From NCBI GenBank assembly GCA_051294375.1, contig CM119263.1:9850432-9914431 (forward strand): 64,000 nt of DNA, in the 5' to 3' direction. This DNA is from Paraspadella gotoi (taxonomy: Eukaryota; Animalia; Chaetognatha). Below, piece after piece: positions 1 to 12,400 of this stretch. The notes under the pieces were generated by a model, which was not told the origin of the DNA, did not search any database, and saw only the letters and a list, made by a program, of their open reading frames with translations. The first letter of the stretch is position 1. Every line of letters starts with the position of its first letter. A program made the position numbers and the translations under genes.

Positions 1-434
1 GAAGTTGAATTGAATGACCCTTTTTCTTAAAAATCTGGGGCAATCCAATTATCCAGCTATCCTTTTAAATGTCCAATATAATTTTTAAAAATTTTTAATC
101 TATACAAAATATCAGAAAAAAAAATCAAATCAATAAGATTTTTTTACCTTCTTTTGCTTTGCGGTAAAGTACTTCATTATAAAAAAGCACTGCTCCTAAA
201 CGGATGGCCTAATTTTAATAATATTTATGCCAAACTTATTATCTTTTAATAAATTTTAATTTATTTTTAAATTTAAAATTTTTTAAAAATATATAGGGTT
301 ATTTTTAAAGAGGGAAATAAAGTGGCGCGATTTTTTTGCACATGACTGTAAAAATCTGTAATATTACTTTATAATGTAAGATTTAGGTCTAATGCGAGGG
401 GCTGAACCTTTCAGCTTTCTATATCTCGTTAATG

Positions 435-3400
435 TTAACAATTAACATCTTGTGCCTTTGCAGCGTTAAAAGTAGTAAGTGGTCCGCGCAACGATTGTGG
501 TGGATTGGGGGTGCTCGTCATCAAAGCCGATGGGTTTGGGGTTAAAGGCGTAGTTCTTAGCTGTGCTGGGGTTTGCATAGACGAATTAGGTGTTATTTCC
601 TTCGATCTTCTATTGGAGGGGGTCGATTCCTCGCTCAAGGGGGTTTTCGGAGTCCTCGGCAAAGTCGACCAATTGCGAATATCTTCAATATCGGACAGAC
701 AGAGGCGGTGGAGGCTTTGGGCGTCGCTTTGGAGTCTCTTCAAATCGGCGACGACGTCGTCGAGGGAGAGTTCAGGGTGTCTTAAAGAGGTAAATGCTCT
801 TGACGCCAATCTGCTTTCAATTCTGTAATGAATGAATACAAATAGAACTAACGTCTACTACCGTGACGTTAATATAGCGTAACGACTAACGGGCTGGGGA
901 TCTCTATGGGTGGAAAAATGGTCGGAAATTTTTAGTCGGATCTGCTTATCAGCAGATTCCGTCTCTATAATTCACTTTGTCGGTCCGTCCCACAATCTTG
1001 TCGGTAAGTCACTTAACAGAACATCGAATTGTATTAAATATGCAAAAAAATTAATGTCCGTCCCCCCTTAGCTTTAAACGCCTATTACTCATGAATGTAA
1101 GGGGCGATTGACTTGAAATTTTGTATATGGGTAGGAAAGTGTACGATTGAGCTGGAAATCAAGTTTCGATGGAATCGTCCAAGTAGAAATAAGTTTCAAT
1201 GGAAAAAACAAAAAACCTGTTTCACTAATTGATTATACTTTTTTTTTATTAAATAATAAATATAAATACAATCAATACAATCGTCGTCGTGTTATTTTCG
1301 TCGTCATCATCGTCCTCTTTGCTTTTGTCGTGGTCAGTGAAAAAAAGACCTAAAAACAAACATATTGGAGCAAAGAAAGCCGGATCTGAATAATTGAAAA
1401 ATTAATTAATTAAATAATGATTAATTAACGCTCATGATCGTGGGCAGATAAGGCATTGCTTGCTAAAACTTGTTTGATATAAATTTTATGGATTTCCTTC
1501 AAACGATTTAAGAGAAGCGTTTATTTGTTAAGATATTAAAATTTTTATAAGTTTTGAATCCGAACCCTCATGTCCAGTGTCCAGTCAGGAGGCGGATATC
1601 TTAGTAAATGAATAGATAATAAGGCGTAGTAAAATTTCTAAATTTAACTTTAATTAAAATTCTAAAAGTGAGGAACGAACAACATTATACTAATGAACAT
1701 TTATGTAATAAAAAAATTTATAATAAATTTTACAATATACGCAGTAGGCTATATTTATACTAGTACTAAACCAATAAATGTTAAAATTTCAAAACAGTTT
1801 TGTCTAAAATTTTTTTGCAGATTTGGATTCGTCATAAAAAGTTAATAAAAAGAAATATAACTCTCTTTGAAAAATTCCTTCATTAAATGGGTCAAAAATT
1901 ATAAAAAGCTATATTTTAAGCTGAAAATTAACTTTTTATATATTAAAATATAATTTTTTTAATTTTTAACCACACTTAATGAAAGAATTTTATAAAAATG
2001 ATTTATATTTTCTTTTATCAACTTTTGACGAGGAATTCAAATCTGCAATCAAAATTAAGAAAAGCCTATTTTGAAATTTTTCGATTTTATAAGGATAGTA
2101 CTATATATAATATATAGCCTACTGCGAAAATTAAAAAACATAAAATTAATTTTTTTATAAATTAATGTTCACTGATGGTATGTTGTTCGTTATATGATTT
2201 TAACGAATTTTCGTATGTAACTTTCACTACGCCTTAATAGATAAGTCTTTCATGGTTGTACCAATCTTACAAGCAAAACAGCAAGTCCGCAAATCTGTCA
2301 CCTTCTTTTTCTCTCGTCTCTCATTCTTTCCAATGTCGCCGCGGTTGTAAAACTATCCTTGCCTTTCGCTTTCATTGAGTAGGTCGGGTCGTCATTTTCC
2401 CCGAACGAGCCAGTCAAAGTTGCGTAGGTCTTCATCTTGCGTCGCGCAAGATCTTCCGCTTCGGTCAAGACGAAAGCGGGAAAACTGTGGGATTCTGAAC
2501 CGTAAAAATAATTAATTACGAAAGCGCGAAAGGAGACGAGAAAAATTTTGCCGCTGACTGGAGAAAGAAAAAAAATAGTGAGAGAAAAGCAGGAGGAAAA
2601 GGAAAGAAACTTGTTAGACGGTACCCTCACCCTCACCAGCGAGTTTTAAACCGTAATGTCGATGAGCGGTGACGCCTTTTGTGATTTTGTGTTTTGAAGG
2701 TTTGGGAGAATTACTTTCCTCTAAGGGTTAAAAATTATTGTATAATTTATATTTAACATACAAACTATGTTATTTCATGTATATTCCGAATCGACTCACC
2801 GTCCATACCAGAATTGTAGCCTTCGGTAAATTTAAATGCGACGACGTTTGGGTAAAAACGAATCATTTTCGACGGAAGGAACTGTGTGAAGTGGGTCGCG
2901 AAGAAGGTGAAGCACTGAGACCAAGAGATAGGAAATAGTTACCGAGTCAGCGTTATAAATGCCACAAAGACGAATCACGAAAAACCTTGTCAAAAGCGGA
3001 GAGAGTCTCTGCGATGGCAAAGGCGACCGCTTCGCCCTCCTGCGGCGAGGTACCGCGGCAAAGTTCGTCGACAAATATCAGGGATCGAATTCCATTTCTG
3101 TGGCAAGAAGTGTCGCCTTTAAATTAGTGGCCAATTGTACAATTGCACAATCGTACTCTCACCGCTGATTGCTACTCTTGACATGTTCGAGGATGTATTT
3201 TACTTCATTGAGGTCCACTTGAAGGGTGGAGCAGTTGTTCGAAGGATCATCGCTGTAAAGTGGCGAGTTGAAGTTCAAAATCATAGCATATTTATGTTTT
3301 CTATAAAAAGAATATTGCCTCGAAAGAATTCTGGTAAAAATGGAATCGACTATGAAGACGTGAGCAAGTACGGCGGGAACAAAGCATCCAACTTGAGCCA

Positions 3401-6400
3401 ATATTTGAACGAGTCCGATTTGGCGTAAATACGTCGATTTACCGCACATATTGGGCCCTAAATAAAAAGCGACGATAAATAAAAATGTTGGACTCAAAAT
3501 TGTGAAGAATCCATGGAATTGTAAACTTGTATATTGTTTTATAATATTACATCAAGATAAAGTAATTGCATTCAAATAGTGAAATATATTTTTTTGTTTT
3601 TTCCATTTTAACTCATTTCCACTCGGACGATTCCATCGAAACTTAATTTCCAGCTCAATCACATATTTTCCTACTCGCACACAAAATTTCATTCCAATCC
3701 ATCCATCAAATCACGAGTAATTGGTGTTTTTTGCTAAGGTGGGACGGACGGACAGACGAACAAAATCGAACATCATTTTTAATTGGATCTGCTTTCAGCA
3801 TTAATAACGGTAAAAATTCTTTTTAACTTAACCCTTATTTTTTTATTTTAACGGTTTAATTCGGTTAAATTTTATTTTTTCTAATTTTGCTAAAGAATAT
3901 TTTGTTTTCTTTAACTTATTATGTTTTTAAATATATTTTTCTTAAAACAAAGTGAAGCGCTCAAATCAGACTCACGTTTTTTGTCATATAAATAAAAGTT
4001 TTTATATTTTAACTTAGTAAAAATGTTTACTAATTGGAAAAAGATGAACGGTTTTTCTCCTGTCTGGAGACATTTTGAGAAAAAGGTTTCCTCAAGTTAA
4101 ATTCGGGGTCATCTAGCACAGGTCGACCGTGGGGGTTAGATTTTTTTTAATGTTTTCCTTTCCTGGTCGATTTGGAAAAGCTGCTCCGAGCTTTTGATCT
4201 AATAAAAATTAGACCTCATGTGAAAAGTAAAAATAACTGAATCGATCTCATGAGAAAAAAAAGTTGTGAGTTAATGTTTAGTAAAATTTGTTTCTGGAAA
4301 TTTATGGGCTGAAATTAGTTCAGTATAATGTTTTATGTATGTGTAAAAGAAAATAAATAATCAATCGGAATTGGAAGATGCCTCTTTAATACCACCAATT
4401 AAAAAAAAATTGTTTTTCCTTCTTTTGTGCATTTATATTATCAAATTACTTAATTTTCTAAATTAACCGATTTTAACCATTAACGGTTAAAAAAGTCGAT
4501 TTTTAACGATTAACCGACGTTTTAGAAAAATTAACGGTTAAGGAAACTAATCCCGACTCTATAATTCACTTTGTCGGTCCATTGGTCCGCCCCCTCAATC
4601 TTGTCGGGCATTCACTTACATCATGTCAGAACATCGATTTATGATAAATTAGCAAAAACCTCCAATAACTCGTGATTGGGTGGTTGGATTGCAATGAAAT
4701 TTTGTGTGTGGGTAGGAAAGTGTGTGATGAAGCTGGATATAAAGTTTCTATGGAATCGTGCGAGTGGAAATTAGTTTAAATTAAAAAAAATAAATCGCAT
4801 TTACTAAAATCTTTTTACTTATTTTAACCAATAATTACTCTAATTAGTAATTAATCATAATTGGATAGATAGATTGAGTTGAAATTTTGTGTGTGGGTAG
4901 GAAAGTGTGTGATGAAGCTTGATATAAAGTTTCGGTAGAAACGTGAGAGTGGAAATGAGTTTAAATGAAAAAAATATGAGTCACATTTACTTGAATCTTT
5001 TTACTTATTTTAACTCATAATTACTCGAATTAATCATAATTGAATTAATAGATTGAGATGAAATTTTGCGTGCGGGTAGGAAAGTGTGTGAAGAAGCTAG
5101 ATATAAAGTTTTGACGGAATTGTGCCAGTGGAAATGAGTTTAAATGGAAAAAACAATCTTTATTATTTATGATTACTAATAAATGTTTTAATTAATAAAT
5201 GTGAAAAAAATTAAGTTAAGTTAAATTGAGTTAAAAAAATGATGCAAGTTGCGAGTTAAAAAAAATTTTAAAAAATATCGTGATTTATCATTGATTAGCT
5301 GATTACCGCTTAATTATCGTAGGCAGATCCGATATTGTTTGCTCAAACTTGTTTTAATGAGAGACATCAGTTAAAGAAAGTCAGTCTTGTATAAGAAAAA
5401 GATTTAAAAAATTGATTTGACCAATGATCATGATAATTATATTTTTGCATAAAAAATGAAAATTTAAAAAAATGAAAAACATCAGATTTGGCCCAAAATA
5501 ATTATCTCCAATCTGATGTTTTTAGAAATACAAAATGTTTGCTCGTTTTCTTTAATTATAATTATGAACAAAAAAATTCTGCTTTTTTTCAACAAAAAAA
5601 TTCAATTATTTTAATAAATAAAAATGCCCTGTCTTCAAAGTTGTACGTATTTTTGTTCCAAATTAATCATGGATTATCATAAAAATATAGATTTATAGCT
5701 ACTACCCTTCAAATCCATGGGTCTTCTTGTAGAAAAGACATCAGGGCAAAAAAGTCAGGCTTATATGAAAAAATGATTAAAAAAATTGATTTGACCAAGA
5801 CTCATTCATAATTATGTTTTTGCATAAAAAATAAAAATATCAAAAAATGAAAAACATCAGATTTTGCGCAAATTGATTACCTCCAATCTGATGTTTTTAG
5901 AAATGCAAAATGTTTACTCGTTTTCTTTAATTATAATTATGAACGCAAAAAATAATATTTTCGAAAAGCTGGAAAATTCAATTTTTTTATTAAAGAATAA
6001 GGTCCTATCATCAAAGTTGTGCATATTTTTTATTCAAATTTATCATGAATGATCACAACAACATATCTTTACCGCTACTACCCTCCATTTTCGTTTTTTT
6101 TCTCATAACGAAGACATCAGTGCAAAAAAGTAAAATATTTGACAAAAAGTAGAAACCTGTTTGTCAGTCCAAATTTCTGATTTATTAATTGATTATGAAC
6201 AAGCCCTGATTCAAAATTGTCGCAAAAAATATGTAGAGGTAAGGGTATGGTCTGCTCTAACAGAATATGTATTAAAAATGCGTTTTTTAAATCATTTTGT
6301 GCCAGTACCATAATTTCAAAAACATACAGTAAAAAATTTTGTCACACTTTTTTTCATATTTTTTAAAATTTTGTCAACGATTGGACCTTGTTAATCTTCT

Positions 6401-9400
6401 CACAGGGAAATGACGGTCCTTCACATTGTAACTGAACCTTCTGAGTACCAAATGGCTGCATAATTGATAATATTGGGTAAAGGAGTTGTCTCTGAGATCA
6501 ATAAATTCGTGCAAAAGTAAGCTGAAACTCCCTTTTAGCTCTTATCTTGCATTGCGACTTATAGAGCCAGAATTTGCTGTAAGCAGATCCGGCTAAAAAT
6601 TGTTTTGTAAATAAAACAAATGAGTGGAGGAATAAGAAACATGTGAAACTAAAAGATCTTGCAGTCTAATTTTTTAGCTTCCTATGGTTACCAACTTGAG
6701 CTATTTTCAATATTAAAACAGCGTGACGACGACGACGACGACTACGATCAAAAGAAGCAGAAATGAATAAACATCTCGCCCAAGTTGGGCATTCGCCCGT
6801 CTGGCGAGATAATTATATTATTTGTAAATATATTTTTAATTTTTTTAAATATTTTATAAGTTACTCCTTTGCATTGAGTAAATAAATTTAAAAGGATAAA
6901 CTGACTTAAATTAACAAATTTAATTAAAGAAATTGATTTAATAAATGTGGGAAAGATAAAAATAAAAAAATAAAAAAATATTAGTCTTATAAAGCCTTTG
7001 TTCAATGAGGCTTAAACCTAAAATTAAAACTTTGTACAGTAAAAAATATAAATTTGGAATTTAGTAAAAAATATTTTCTAATGCAAAAATAAAATAATGG
7101 ATTATACTAATATTTAGGTAGGGTCAACTAAATTTTTTTTCATAATTATTAAATTTAAATTCTTTCCCGTGCAAAGAAAAATTAATGACTATTACCATTC
7201 AAATTCCTTTGATGATAGACCCTTAAGCTTATGACATCATTTTTATCCCAAAAGAGTTGGTCCTCCCTGTATTCAACCTCTGCGATTCATTGTTCTAAAG
7301 TCCTTATCAAAGCTGCGTCAAAAACAACTATAAAAGTCTATATAGTGTCAAACCGAAAGTTACCCGTGACGACAACAAAGTTCTGATCCTTGGAGGCGTA
7401 GACGTGATTGGAAACGACCTTGGCGCCAGATTCTCGAATGACAGTGCCCAGCATTGGATGGACAGAGTCTTGTAATGCCAGTTCTGATCCGAACTTTGGT
7501 CGACGCCAGTGGCGATCAGAGGAGGTTTGAGCGAAACACTGAAAAGTAAAGTTACTTTTGAAGAGACAGTAATTATTGATAAGTGTTAATGACAGAACCG
7601 TTCAATATAAGCAGTCCCTGAGCTTCGGATCAGGCTGTAACACCATGTTACAGGCGGGTTAAGCGCCCCGTCCCTCTTAACTGCCAGACGACCACCGGGC
7701 GAGGGAATAGAGAGTAAAACTAAAATATTTCACGAAGAGCCAAAAACGAGAGAATGTATCGCTATACAAAATATACCGAGGGGCAGGAGGAGGAGGAAGA
7801 AGAAGAGGAGAATGGGACGGCAAGCTAAATCCTCTTTTATTATTTTCTAAAATTATTTTAAAAATTTGATCATTTTTTGCCCCTATGGAAGACCCCTCTG
7901 GGGGCCCATATCTCGGCTCAGGGGTCAAATATTGAAATCCGCTTCAATAGTTCTATTGAATGAATTTGGTCTAGTAGTTTTCTCGGAACGTGTTCTGGTC
8001 ACAAAAAACGGGTACCACATTTTATATTATGAAGCCTTCTGTATGCTTTATTTAAATATTACATCTAATCAATACTTAGTACAGAAGACTTCATATTAGA
8101 AAATGATACAGTTTTTTCGAGTCGAGAATCGGTTCTGCACAAAAGGAAAAAAGTATTTCACATAATTTAAAAGTATACAAAATATGGTTAAATCATTATC
8201 AATATTTGGTATGCCATTTCTTGGCATTAACTATTTCCTGTATTCATCTGGGCATGCTCTTATACAGCAAATTGAGGTATGACAGTGAAATGTGTTTCCA
8301 CATCTTTAACGCAATTTTTTTCAGCCCCGATATTAATGTTGAACGTTTTTCCCTTTTTTCTGAGAGTTACAATAGCACTTTTCTGAACCAAAAAAAAATT
8401 TACAATGCCTTTAGCATTGCCAAATTATAAAAAAATGATAAACTCTTTGAAATAAAAACAAATAACTAAATATTAAAAATAATGGAAAACTAAATAAATT
8501 TTTTTAACTATTTTTTATTAAAAGTAACTTGTAACTTCTAAACGATTTGACCTACAAAAAATGGAAGGGAAGCTACTGAAAAAAAATTCAATATAGATTC
8601 GAAAACATTCTAATTTTTTTAAATTAAAAAAGTTTTTGAATAGATATCCTTTATTAAAAAAAGGATATATTTTTTTCATAGATAGTACACAATTAGAGAT
8701 TCCTTAACCGTTAAATTTTAACCGTTAATAATGGTGAAAATTCTTTTTAACTTAACCCTTAATTTTTTTATTTTAATGGTTTAATTCGGTTAAATTTTAT
8801 TTTTTCTAATTTTGATATTTTGCTAAAGAATATTTTGTTTTCTTTAACTTATTATGTTTTTAAATATATTTTTCTTAAAACAAAGTGAAGCTCTCAAATC
8901 AGACTCGCGTTTTTTGTCATATAAAAAATAGTTTTTATATTTTAACTTAGTAAAAATGTCAACTAATTGGAAAAAGATGAACGGTTTTTCTCCTCTCTGG
9001 AAACATTTTGAGAAAAAGGTTTCCTCAAATTAAATTCGGGGTCATCTAGCACAGGTCAACCGTGGGGGTTAGATTTTTTTTAATGTTTTTCTTTCCTGGT
9101 TAATTTGGACAAGCTGCTCCGAGCTTTTGAAATATATAAAAATTAGACCTTATGTGAAAAGTAAAAATAACTGAATCGATCTCATGAGAAAAAAAAGTTG
9201 TGAGTTAATGTTTAGTAAAATTTGTTTCTGGAAATTTGTGGGCTGAAATTAGTTCAGCATAATGTTCTATGTATGTGTAAAAGAAAATAAATAATCAATC
9301 GGAATAAGGGGGTATAAATTGGAAGATGCCTCTTTAATTCCACCAATTAAAAAAAAATTGTTTTTCCTTCTTTTGTACATTTATATTATCAAATTACTTA

Positions 9401-12400
9401 AGTTACTAAATTAACCAATTTTAACTGTTAAAAGAAAAATTAACGGTTAAAGAAACTCTATACACAATCAATTTGATAAAATTTTGCTATACAAACGGAA
9501 CTATCGAGGGGATTTTTGATATTCAATACAGGGCCCTGCGGTTGAACTCCCAGGGGGTGAAAATGAAGATGCACGTTTTATCATTTTCCCTCAAATTTTC
9601 CCTTGTTAACCGCTGATGTTCATGGATATAGAAATTAAAGCCTACTAATTATTTGGTAGTAATAAATACGTTTTTCAAGATAAACGTCTATGAAAATTTT
9701 CAAATTACTTGTTTTACCATTTTCTGTTTTTATATTTTATGAAGTATTTATTTTTTATTCTACATTCTTTAAATATATATCTATTGCTTACTTATCATTC
9801 TATCTAATAACTCATTTTGGGAAGGGGAAGTCAGTGTTGTCTTCTGGAAATAGAACAATATACAACACAAGGTCAGATTACAATCTGTCCTAGTTTTCTA
9901 ATAGATATCACACATTTCATTCCTGTTAGAAAGTCATTAATGAAAAATCATAATATCTAATAGGCTGAACAGAAAGGTGTGGGAATGGATCATTTTTTGA
10001 GTGAGGACCAAAGTTATATATGATTTTTTTTAACTAATAGGGATAAGACTACGAAGTAGAATTGTATGTTCTGATAGGGATACATACAGGGGAAAAGTCT
10101 ATTTTATCATAAACAGAAAGAGTAAGATTTTTGTTTTCTGATTTGATGTTAATGTTTAAATATTCTACATTTGTATCTATACTATTAGATTTATTGACAG
10201 TAAGTGCTGCTGGATATATGTTAGCAAGATGTGTTTTAAAATCCTTAAAATCTGCCGAAAAAAGGTCATCAATATATCTTGAGTAATTTTTAAATTGTCT
10301 AGCGATTCCTAAATTATTTTTTGACATTTTCCATATATGTTGATCCAAAACAACATATAGGCAATATCTTGACCAGAATCTACTCTATATTTTTTTATTT
10401 AAAAATGTTCACAGATACAAGCATGTTCATGACTTACTATTCAAATTTTGATTTTAACTTGATTTTAATTTTTTTTCTACGCTTTAATGTACATTGTACA
10501 ATTTGAACTAAGTCGTCCCCAATTTACTTATTACTTTTATTTTAGTATACTTTTATTACGATTTCTTTTTCAATAGTGTAGGAAGCCGCTATAGAAAAAG
10601 AAGCCAGTGACTTTTTTCTCCATATTTTTATATCGATAGATGTGAAATGACGGGAATATTGTAAATCTCAATTTCACTTTAATCGGACCTCACATTGTGG
10701 AGAAATCTTAGGAAACCCATCAAAATTCCACCCCTTTTTTTCAACATTCTCGCCTTTTAAGATTTTCGCCGATTCTGACTTCCTCTTACAAACTTATAAT
10801 TCCGCTAGTTAATTTTTTTTTTCTAAACGAGCAAAGGGAATCCACAACTTTCTGTTATTTTATGATTTCTGGGTAAAAAATATGATAAATTACATTAACA
10901 TTGGATATTATGAAAGTTTAATATCTTATGAAGCCTGTGAGAGTTAAATAATTAAAAAATTCGCTTATTTTATTATTGAAAAATAACATCAAAGTGAAGA
11001 AGTTGAATGGCTTCCGGCTACTTTCAGTAAACATCCCTGTTCTCTTCAATAAGATAATGTTTACTTTTTGCTGGTGGAAAAGAAGGATAAATACTTAGGC
11101 TGTGATGGGGTAAATAATATTTTGTAGAATTTTGTAAGCATGCGTGTAAAATCAGATAAGCTAATATTTAAGTGACAAAAAATTCACATTTTCTTTATCC
11201 AAAAAACTTTAAAGTTTTACTAGAGTACAATTTAGCCTTTTTTTCTTTCAGAATCATTAAAAAGAATTAAATTTTCATTTATTCTTATGGGTGTCATTAG
11301 TTTAAAATTCATTATAATTTTGACTTAGTTTGACACTCACCCTGTAAGGAGTTTCAGCATAAGTAATTCTAAAATTGTATCTTGTATGTGCCCTATGATT
11401 ATGGCTTCATTTTGGTACTATTACATCCCTTTATCTTTATTCCTTCAAAAGATATTAGGAAAAATCAGTTTTTTTCTCAACCTTCCTTTTAATTTCTTTT
11501 TAAATAAAAATTTGCGATTCAAACCGGACTATTTCATTTAAACCTGATCATTTTATGTCAAAATCATTATAAAATGAAAAAAGAAAAATAGGACAAGCTC
11601 TTCAGACACAAAAATATCAGAATCGCGAAATTCGAAGTCGCTCATGTAACAGGAACATATAGCAATCCCGTTTGCAATTTTAAGTTTGTAAACTTTCCCT
11701 TTCATTTCTATGGTAAAAATGAGGTTTGAAAATTCTCCGGAGATGAGTAGTGCATTTCCCCAGGCTTGTTTGATATTAAATATTTTATCAAATGCCATAA
11801 ACGAAATAGGACAAGCTCTTAGATGTAACGCTCTCTAATCGTGCATTTTTACAAGTGTTTTTAACCGAATTTCTGGCAAACGCGTTTGCAATTTGGGTAG
11901 TCAGATTTGAACGAAATCTCTATTAGAAAAATGTTGAATTTTTTTTTAAGCGAGATTCTCGTCTAAATAGTGTAGTAAAGGTAGTAAAGAAAAGGTAAAA
12001 GCAGTTAGGGTAACGAAATGAATTCTAAAAGAAACAACCTGCAGAACGTCCAAAGTAGAAACTATCTCCGAGAGTGCGTAGAGGCAGCTGACATGCTTCA
12101 ACGCGGCGTCAAATACTGCTTTGACGATCTCGTTGCTCACAGCGACGATAGCGTCGGCAGTCCGCTCCGCTCTAGAGCTCAAGGTCTCCAGGAAACGCGT
12201 GGTCAATTCAACTTTCGAGCGACGGCGAACGACATCGACAAAATTGGAATCGGAAACGAGAGAACGGTAGAGGGCCTCAAGGTCCGACACTGAAGATTTC
12301 TGGTAAACAAGTTTGGGCAAACAACGTCGGATCTGCGTACGGTAATTTAGCGGTAATCAGATGATAAACCACCATAATTTTTTCAATTTGTAATCTTAAC

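Noticed and set aside
505-828. Plus-strand ORFs over MSH4, ANT and dynein exons (also 12018, 14447, 18279, 36974, 62386)
   Set aside because: Antisense shadows of real minus-strand exons.
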